From: Terriglobia bacterium | GTDB taxonomy: Bacteria; Acidobacteriota; Terriglobia; 2-12-FULL-54-10 | Length of the DNA: 64,000 bases | Assembly: GCA_963666975.2 (NCBI GenBank) | Contig: CAXVYR010000003.1 | Location: forward strand, 544,001-608,000 | Direction of reading: 5' to 3' | Shown here: piece after piece, positions 57,939 to 64,000 of the stretch | Numbering within the stretch: the stretch's first letter is position 1 | Layout: the number at the start of each line of letters is the position of its first letter | Translations under genes and position numbers: made by a program | The notes under the pieces: generated by a model | Told to the model about the DNA's origin: nothing | Database searches by the model: none | Seen by the model: the letters and a program-made list of their open reading frames with translations, nothing else

Positions 57939-59099
57939 ATGCAAAAGGCTGAGTTCGAGGAAATTGCCCATTGCGGTGGCCAAGTGATCTTCAGCGTGAA
58001 GACGAATCAGAAGGGCCAGCGCGGTTACCAGATTACCTGGCAACATAGTCGGCCCGTTGCATGTGGAATCTTTGCCGTATACGCGATTCCCCAAGGAGTT
58101 CCAGTTGACACGATCCAACTTGGCGGGATCGGCCAGCCTTGGAACTCTCCTCCAATTCCCAACTGCATTTCAGTGTTCATCGCGTCTGACAGCGAGGGCA
58201 GGTATGGACATCAATGCCCAGCGTGTCAGGGTTATTGGCGGTCCAACGGTCTGCCTTCTACCTGCCCGTATTGCGGACTGCCTGGACATGCGCACGAGTT
58301 CCTAACAGCGGCCCAGAGGCGCTACGTCAAGCAATACTGTGACCGTCTTGTTGAGGCGATGAACGCCAAAGAAGACGGCGATCATGTGATCGACATGGAC
58401 GCTGTGGCTGACGCCGCCGGAAAGGTGGGCGACAAGCCGCCGTTTTATTACACAGAAGAGAGCCAGCAGAACAATTTTACTTGCAATGCTTGCGGTGAAT
58501 TCAACGACATCCTCGGGACTTATGGATATTGCTCTTTCTGCGGGACCCGGAATGATTTTCAAGAGATGGATGCCAATACGATCCCAGGAATCCGTAAGAG
58601 AATCAATGCTGGCGGTTCTTATGAGGATTGCGTCAGGGACGCAGTCGCTGCCTTCGATTCATTTGTCGGCCGCTATGTCGAGCAACTCGGCCGGATTCCC
58701 ATGACTCCACGCCGCAAGGCGCGGTTCAAGAAGATGAGTTTTCACAATCTGAAGGCGGTCGCAGAAGAACTGAGAACGGTGTTCGACATCGATGTCCTCG
58801 ATAACATGAAGTCCGAGGACATCGAGTTTGCTGCGCTGATGTTTCATCGGCGGCATGTCTACGAGCACAAGGGCGGTGAAGCCGATCAAAAATACATTTA
58901 TGACAGCGGTGATACGTCAGTCAAGCCGAAACAGGCACTTCACGAGACTCAGGAATCGGCACATAAGCTTGCCAGTCTCGTCGTGAAGATGGCTCGTAAT
59001 CTGCATCGTGGATTTAACGACATCTTTCCGCCCGACGAGGCACCAACTCAGAGACACGAGCGTAGCGTCCAGCGTTTGGCAGAGCTTCAGTCTCCCTAG
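57939..59099 (+). CDS. Zinc-ribbon plus HEPN-like protein (putative RNase)
   Basis: CPAC-x9-CPYC and CNAC-x11-CSFC; C-terminal helical domain with RHVYEH (Rx4H) followed by GG..D.KY. Confidence 0.7.
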   Translation: MQKAEFEEIAHCGGQVIFSVKTNQKGQRGYQITWQHSRPVACGIFAVYAIPQGVPVDTIQLGGIGQPWNSPPIPNCISVFIASDSEGRYGHQCPACQGYWRSNGLPSTCPYCGLPGHAHEFLTAAQRRYVKQYCDRLVEAMNAKEDGDHVIDMDAVADAAGKVGDKPPFYYTEESQQNNFTCNACGEFNDILGTYGYCSFCGTRNDFQEMDANTIPGIRKRINAGGSYEDCVRDAVAAFDSFVGRYVEQLGRIPMTPRRKARFKKMSFHNLKAVAEELRTVFDIDVLDNMKSEDIEFAALMFHRRHVYEHKGGEADQKYIYDSGDTSVKPKQALHETQESAHKLASLVVKMARNLHRGFNDIFPPDEAPTQRHERSVQRLAELQSP

Positions 59100-59166
59100 C
59101 TCGTTTTATGCTCTTCTCGCTGAATATTCCTCTCGTAGGAAGAGAACCGGAGGCCTCCGACCGGAT

Positions 59167-59257
59167 AATCCGAGCCGCGACCGTGAGGGAGCGGTTCAAA
59201 AAATGACTTAATCGACCAGCGTTTGGTGTCCGCTTGCTTACGCGCGCGGCTCGGATT
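59167..59257. repeat. REP-like element, family 2 (intact inverted pair)
   Basis: AATCCGAGCCGCGACCGTGAGGGAGCGG ... CCGCTTGCTTACGCGCGCGGCTCGGATT. Confidence 0.85.
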
Positions 59258-59373
59258 GGCTGGGAAGCTGACCGGCAAATGCCGCCATCCTACAAAGCCA
59301 TTTTCTTAACTTTACATAATATATATTATCAGACGTTGTGATTCTGGCAATTGCCACCCAGCCCGGTCGGTTG

Positions 59374-60918
59374 CTAAGGAGAGGCGATTCGGAGGGTTGT
59401 CAGGAACTGGTAATTCCCTGTCGGAAACAGCTCCAGATTGCTGAGCCGCCGGTTATACAAGCTGACGTTGTCCATATACCACAGATGAATATAAGGCAGA
59501 TCGTGGTTGAGAACTTTCTGCAGCTCGGAGTAGTGCTGGCGGCGTTCTTCCAGGCTAGACCCGGCGCGGCCTTGCTCAATGAGCCGGTCGGCCTCCGGGT
59601 TCGAGTAGCGGCCACGGTTGGCTCCTGCGGGCGGCTGCTTGGCGGAGTGAAAGCAGTACTCGAAGATATCCGGGTCGTTGTTGGCTCCGGTCCATCGGAG
59701 CGAGTAGAAATCAAAGCGGCCTTGTGTGACGTCACCATAGAAGGTGGCCCACTCGAAGGAGCGGATTTCCAGAGCAATCCCGATCTGCCGCAACTGCTCT
59801 TGAAAGACGGCGGCCAGCTCGCGGGTGGTCTGGTCGGTGGAGGTTTTCATTTGCAATCGGAGTCGAACGCCGTCCGGACCGGGCACCAAGCCCGCTGCGT
59901 CCAGCAACTCTCTGGCTCTGGCGGGATCGTGAGCGTAGGCTGGCGCGTCCTTTTCATAGGCCCAATGTTGCGGCGGCAGGATGCTGTTGGCGGGACGGAC
60001 CATATCCCTCCACAGATAGGTGATCAGCGCCTGCCGGTCAATTCCGTAGGCAATGGCCTGGCGGACCGGGAGCGTCAGGTCTTTGTTTTCCATATTAAAG
60101 GCCAGGTACTGGTAGTTGGTACCGGGTTCCTGCGCAACCTCCAGGCTTTCTTCCTGGCGCAAGACCTCCACCATATCGGCGCTCAAAGAATTCAGCAGCA
60201 GGTCGGCGCTTCCCTTCCGCATTTCCAGCGCGCGCACGGTGGCGTCGGGAACGACCTTGAAGCGCACGCGCGCGATCCGCGGCGGCGTGGCCCAGTAGTC
60301 CGGGTTGCGCTCCAGGAGCACATCTTCATCCTGCGCCGCGCTCACGAAGCGGAACGGCCCGGAGCCGACGGGATCGAGCGCCACTTCTTGTGCGGACCCG
60401 TCCGGGACGATGCCGATGGCTCCCTGCGTCAGGTTCCACAGAAAAGAGGCGTAGGGCTCTTTCAGGCGGATGACGACGGTCGCATCATCGGGCGTCTCTA
60501 CGGAATCGACCTGCGCGAAGCTGGCGGCCTTGACGCTGGGAAGCTCGCCGGAAAGGAGGCTCGTAAAAGTGTAGCGGACGTCGCTCGCCGTCAAGGGTCT
60601 GCCGTCGTGGAAGCGGACATCTTTACGCAGGTGGAACACATAGGTCAGCGGGTCGGGCGACTCCCAGCTTTCGGCCAGCCAGGGTTGCAAACGGAAGTTG
60701 CGGTCGCTGCGCAGGAGGCTGTCAAAGATCAGCGCCCCAATCCGCTGCGATTGAGCGTCGGTGCCGATGCGCGGGTCCAGGTTCAGCGGAGAGGATTCGA
60801 TCAGCATCACGACGGTTTGCATGTCCCGTTGCGGAGCGCAACCGAACCCGGCCATGCCGAGCAGCCCGATTACTATACCAAGCAACAGGTGTGCAATGCC
60901 TCTGCCCTTATTTCGCAT
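59374..60918 (-). CDS. Peptide ABC transporter substrate-binding lipoprotein (family 5)
   Basis: Lipobox GFGC, LAESWE, FHLRKDVRFHDG..LTASDV, GSGPFRF; overlaps the anmK stop. Confidence 0.93.
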   Translation of the reverse strand: MRNKGRGIAHLLLGIVIGLLGMAGFGCAPQRDMQTVVMLIESSPLNLDPRIGTDAQSQRIGALIFDSLLRSDRNFRLQPWLAESWESPDPLTYVFHLRKDVRFHDGRPLTASDVRYTFTSLLSGELPSVKAASFAQVDSVETPDDATVVIRLKEPYASFLWNLTQGAIGIVPDGSAQEVALDPVGSGPFRFVSAAQDEDVLLERNPDYWATPPRIARVRFKVVPDATVRALEMRKGSADLLLNSLSADMVEVLRQEESLEVAQEPGTNYQYLAFNMENKDLTLPVRQAIAYGIDRQALITYLWRDMVRPANSILPPQHWAYEKDAPAYAHDPARARELLDAAGLVPGPDGVRLRLQMKTSTDQTTRELAAVFQEQLRQIGIALEIRSFEWATFYGDVTQGRFDFYSLRWTGANNDPDIFEYCFHSAKQPPAGANRGRYSNPEADRLIEQGRAGSSLEERRQHYSELQKVLNHDLPYIHLWYMDNVSLYNRRLSNLELFPTGNYQFLTTLRIASP

Positions 60919-62086
60919 AGACCACCTTTCCCAGAATTGCCGGATGGCGCGCGCCTGTTGCCGACCTGAGGTTGGAAGCACGCCGGTGAAGCGTGTGGTA
61001 GGCCAGCACCGCAAAGGCTATCGCTTCCTTGCCGTCGGCGGGGATACCGGTGGCGTCCGAGGTGAGAATCCGCAATTTGCCGCTTCCCTTTTCCTGGCCC
61101 TCGCCCAACCGCCGTCGAAGCTCTTTCATCAGGAAAAGATTCTTCACTCCCCCGCCGGACAGAATGCAATCGGCGACGGAAAACTTCGGCAGGACAAATT
61201 TTTTAACGCCGTATGCGATTGATTCCGCCGTCAACGCCGTGGCCGTCGCCAGTGCGTCCCTAGAAGAATGAAATCTGCCCAATGCAAGGAACCGCTTCAA
61301 GTAGTCCCGTCCGAATTGTTCCCGCCCGGTGGTCTTCGGCGGCGGCAGACGGAAATAGGCATGCCGCAGCAGGCGGCGCACCAAGGTCTCGGAGATTTTC
61401 CCCTGCGCTGCCATCTTTCCAGCCGGATCATATCGCTGCTTCCCTTTCGTGGCGCGCTCGGCAAGAGCGTCCAATAACATATTACCGGGGCCGGTATCGA
61501 AGGCAATCACTTCTTCTGGCGTTCCACCCGCAGGAATTGCCGTGAGGTTGGCGATGCCGCCGAGGTTCACCGCTACCCTGCCCCGCCGTGGATGCCGGTA
61601 GAGCAGATAGTCGAGATAGGGAACCAGCGGCGCGCCTCGCCCTCCGGCGGCCACGTCCGCCGTGCGGAAGTCGCCGATGGTGGTGACGCCGGTGCGCTCT
61701 GCGATGACGGCAGGCTCGCCGATTTGCAGAGTGGATTGAACCGGAAGCCCGCAGAAACGGGATGCCTTGTTCTGATGGTGCACAGTCTGTCCGTGGGAGC
61801 CGATCAGACGAAGACTATCTTTCGGGATGCCGGACCGGCGGCACACGTGCAAGCAGGCGCGCGCAAAAAGTTCTCCCAGCAGAAAGTTCATCTGCGAGAG
61901 CTCCGACGCCAGCACGGGAGCACCGCTGGAAATTTCCAGGATTCGGCGGCGGACATCAGGCGGATAGGGCACGAAGCGGGAGGCGCGGAGACGAATGCGC
62001 GTCTTCCACTCGCGTCCTGTAATCTCCGCCAGCGCCACGTCGATGCCGTCGGCTGAGGTCCCGCTCATCATTCCCGCTACAAACAT
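60908..62086 (-). CDS. anmK: Anhydro-N-acetylmuramic acid kinase
   Basis: GMMSGTSADGID, IGSHGQT, NLGGIAN, FDTGPGN, PPKTTGRE.F, KEAIAFA. Confidence 0.97.
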   Translation of the reverse strand: MFVAGMMSGTSADGIDVALAEITGREWKTRIRLRASRFVPYPPDVRRRILEISSGAPVLASELSQMNFLLGELFARACLHVCRRSGIPKDSLRLIGSHGQTVHHQNKASRFCGLPVQSTLQIGEPAVIAERTGVTTIGDFRTADVAAGGRGAPLVPYLDYLLYRHPRRGRVAVNLGGIANLTAIPAGGTPEEVIAFDTGPGNMLLDALAERATKGKQRYDPAGKMAAQGKISETLVRRLLRHAYFRLPPPKTTGREQFGRDYLKRFLALGRFHSSRDALATATALTAESIAYGVKKFVLPKFSVADCILSGGGVKNLFLMKELRRRLGEGQEKGSGKLRILTSDATGIPADGKEAIAFAVLAYHTLHRRASNLRSATGARHPAILGKVVYAK

Positions 62087-62208
62087 CGCTTACTCTGTCC
62101 AGCTACAAGCATGCGCCTCTCTGTGTATTCTTCACCTGATACCTTAACTGACACCCTCACTGACAACAAAACGGATAACATGGCCGGTGGCAGACCAGGC
62201 TACTCGTG

Positions 62209-63345
62209 TTAACTCCGCTGTTCCTTCCCGGCGGGATTGGGAGTGAGTCGCTGTTCGACAGCGTCGGCAAACTCCCTGATCTCGCGCCGCAGAACATCCC
62301 AATCCGGCCAATCCGGGGGAGTGGCAGTCGCCGGCGGCTCGGCGCTCAGCAAATTTCTTTTAGCCGCCAGGACTTTTTCCGAGGCCAGCCCCACCAGGGT
62401 ACGGAAGTTTTCGTCGCGGCTGGTTTCCTGGCAAAGCGCGTCAAATGCTTTCCGGACGTTGCTCGCGTAGCGGCAGACCAGGATTATGTCACAACCGGCT
62501 CGTACTGCCTCGACGGCTGCCGCTTCAATCGTTCGATGCCGCAGAATGGCGCCCATCTCCAAATCATCGGACAAGACCAGCCCCTGATACCCGATTCGTT
62601 CCTTCAGCAACACGGTGATGATTTGATGGGAGAGGCTCGCAGGAAGCAGGCGGTCTGCCTGTGCGGCGGTATCCGGCAGGCCCTCCAGTTCTGGGTAGGA
62701 AGCGTGCGATACCATGATCATAGGAAGCTGGTCGGCGAGAGCACGAAACGGAAGCAAGTCTTGCTGCCACAGCTCGGTCGCGGGCTTGCGGATGCACGGC
62801 AACTCCATGTGCGAATCCAGCCGTCCGCTTCCCAGTCCGGGAAAATGTTTGCCGCAGCCCAAAACTCCCGACTCGCCAAGCCCGGCGAGAAATTCCTGCG
62901 CGAAGCGGATTACTTCCTCCGGAGAGTTCCCTGCCGTGCGGCTTCTCAGCACTTCCTCGGATTCTGCGCACCTGCGATCGAGCACGGGCGCGAAGTCAAC
63001 GTTCAGGGAGAATGCCGCCAGTTCCCTGCCCGCCAATTTGCCCATGGCGGCTGCCATGCCGGCCTGCGCAACGTCGCGAACCGAGGGCAATGGAGCCAGG
63101 GTGTCTCGCAAGCGGTCCACCTGGCCGCCTTCCATATCGATGGCGAGAAAAGGCGGCGTCTTCATGTGCCGGTGAATCTGCCCGGCCAAACCATGAAAGT
63201 CCGGAGCGGTCTTGATATTGCGGGAGAAAAAAACTATCCCGCCGGGGCTGATACGGCGCAGCAGATCTTCTAGGCCGCGATTCCAGCAGTCGCCTTCAAA
63301 ACCGATGGTGAAAAGCTGTCCCACTTGTTCGGAAAAAGTCAGCAT
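62209..63345 (-). CDS. nagZ: Beta-N-acetylhexosaminidase (GH3)
   Basis: IDMEGGQVDR, DFAPVLD, KHFPGLG...DSH, LSDDLEMGA; upstream of anmK. Confidence 0.93.
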   Translation of the reverse strand: MLTFSEQVGQLFTIGFEGDCWNRGLEDLLRRISPGGIVFFSRNIKTAPDFHGLAGQIHRHMKTPPFLAIDMEGGQVDRLRDTLAPLPSVRDVAQAGMAAAMGKLAGRELAAFSLNVDFAPVLDRRCAESEEVLRSRTAGNSPEEVIRFAQEFLAGLGESGVLGCGKHFPGLGSGRLDSHMELPCIRKPATELWQQDLLPFRALADQLPMIMVSHASYPELEGLPDTAAQADRLLPASLSHQIITVLLKERIGYQGLVLSDDLEMGAILRHRTIEAAAVEAVRAGCDIILVCRYASNVRKAFDALCQETSRDENFRTLVGLASEKVLAAKRNLLSAEPPATATPPDWPDWDVLRREIREFADAVEQRLTPNPAGKEQRS

Positions 63346-63555
63346 GAGCAGAACCAGAAAATGCGCGCGACCATGAATTCACCAGGAATCCACCATTACT
63401 ACATTCGGGATTATATCCGAGGGGCGGCGAATTCCCACGAAGGAACACGATTGTGCGCTCGGCGGAACCGGACGCAAATTATCCTAACACCGTCTCCAAG
63501 GGGTCTCTTATAATCGTTTCTTAACAGACTAAGCAAAGAACGGCGTGCATTCAAC

Positions 63556-64000
63556 ATGATCTCGATCGCGAAACGACTCCAGCCACTCTACCCCTACCTG
63601 TGGCGCTACCGGCGCCGATATCTGTTAGGCTTCGCCGCATTGCTCTGCGACGTTGCCTTCTGGCTGGCCATCCCCATGATCATCAAGTATGCGATTGATG
63701 ACCTCCAGCAGGGCATTACGGCTGACAAGCTGCTTCTGTACGTCCGCTGGTTGGTGGGCGTTGCGCTGGGCAAGGCCTTCTTTCTTTTTTGGAAGCGGAT
63801 CATCCTGGTCGGCATCTCGCGGGAGGCGGAGTACGATCTGCGCAACGACCTATACCGCCATCTGAACCGGCTTTCGCTCAGCTACTTTCAACGAAACCGC
63901 ACGGGCGACCTGATGTCCCGCGCTACAAATGACATGAATGCCGTGCGGATGTTGATGGGACCCGGCATCATGTACTCGCTGAACACCTTCGTCACTCTAG
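63556..64000 (+). CDS. ABC exporter, fused permease/ATPase type (runs off the window end)
   Basis: Hand translation MISIAKRLQPLYPYLWRY...GISREAEYDLRNDLYRHL...RTGDLMSRATNDMNAVRM. Confidence 0.9.
   Translation, partial: MISIAKRLQPLYPYLWRYRRRYLLGFAALLCDVAFWLAIPMIIKYAIDDLQQGITADKLLLYVRWLVGVALGKAFFLFWKRIILVGISREAEYDLRNDLYRHLNRLSLSYFQRNRTGDLMSRATNDMNAVRMLMGPGIMYSLNTFVTL

Noticed and set aside
46881-59300. Accessory region as a single integrative element or prophage
   Set aside because: No integrase, tRNA attachment site, flanking direct repeats or phage genes; differing composition suggests stepwise accretion
52357-60969. Long antisense ORFs (576 aa at 52357, 373 aa at 55347, 543 aa at 59338)
   Set aside because: Mirror the UbiD, CoA-transferase and binding-protein genes on the opposite strand

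Overview
A GC-rich bacterial chromosome segment. Gene content, gene order and repeat families suggest an Acidobacteriota (Terriglobia-like) genome; this is an inference, not a database result. Bases 1-46.8 kb are mostly core genes: topA, gltX, ccdA/TlpA, ferredoxin and a SufR-like regulator, serS, rluB-scpB-scpA-trpS, tsaB-rimI, psd-pssA, lptE-holA, nadK-tlyA-ispA-xseB, metF, a nuo operon lacking nuoB and nuoI, thiS, ribA and a LytS kinase. Bases 46.9-59.3 kb form a mosaic accessory region. It holds a complete IS4 element with a 9-bp target duplication, a phosphate-uptake module (Na/Pi symporter, PhoU, PhoU remnant, OprO/P-like porin with a MITE upstream), and a UbiD gene resembling phthaloyl-CoA decarboxylases followed by two class III CoA-transferase genes. 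It ends with a REP-bracketed two-gene cassette (PLD-like nuclease plus Zn-ribbon/HEPN protein) that may be an undescribed anti-phage or toxin module. The window closes with peptidoglycan-recycling genes (nagZ, anmK, peptide-binding protein) and a partial ABC exporter. Other notable signals are a candidate sigma54-driven three-way-junction sRNA after holA, an ECF-sigma/zinc-anti-sigma fusion, and a diverged duplicate of a gene 3' end. No rRNA, tRNA or CRISPR array was seen. All family assignments come from motif recognition by eye.
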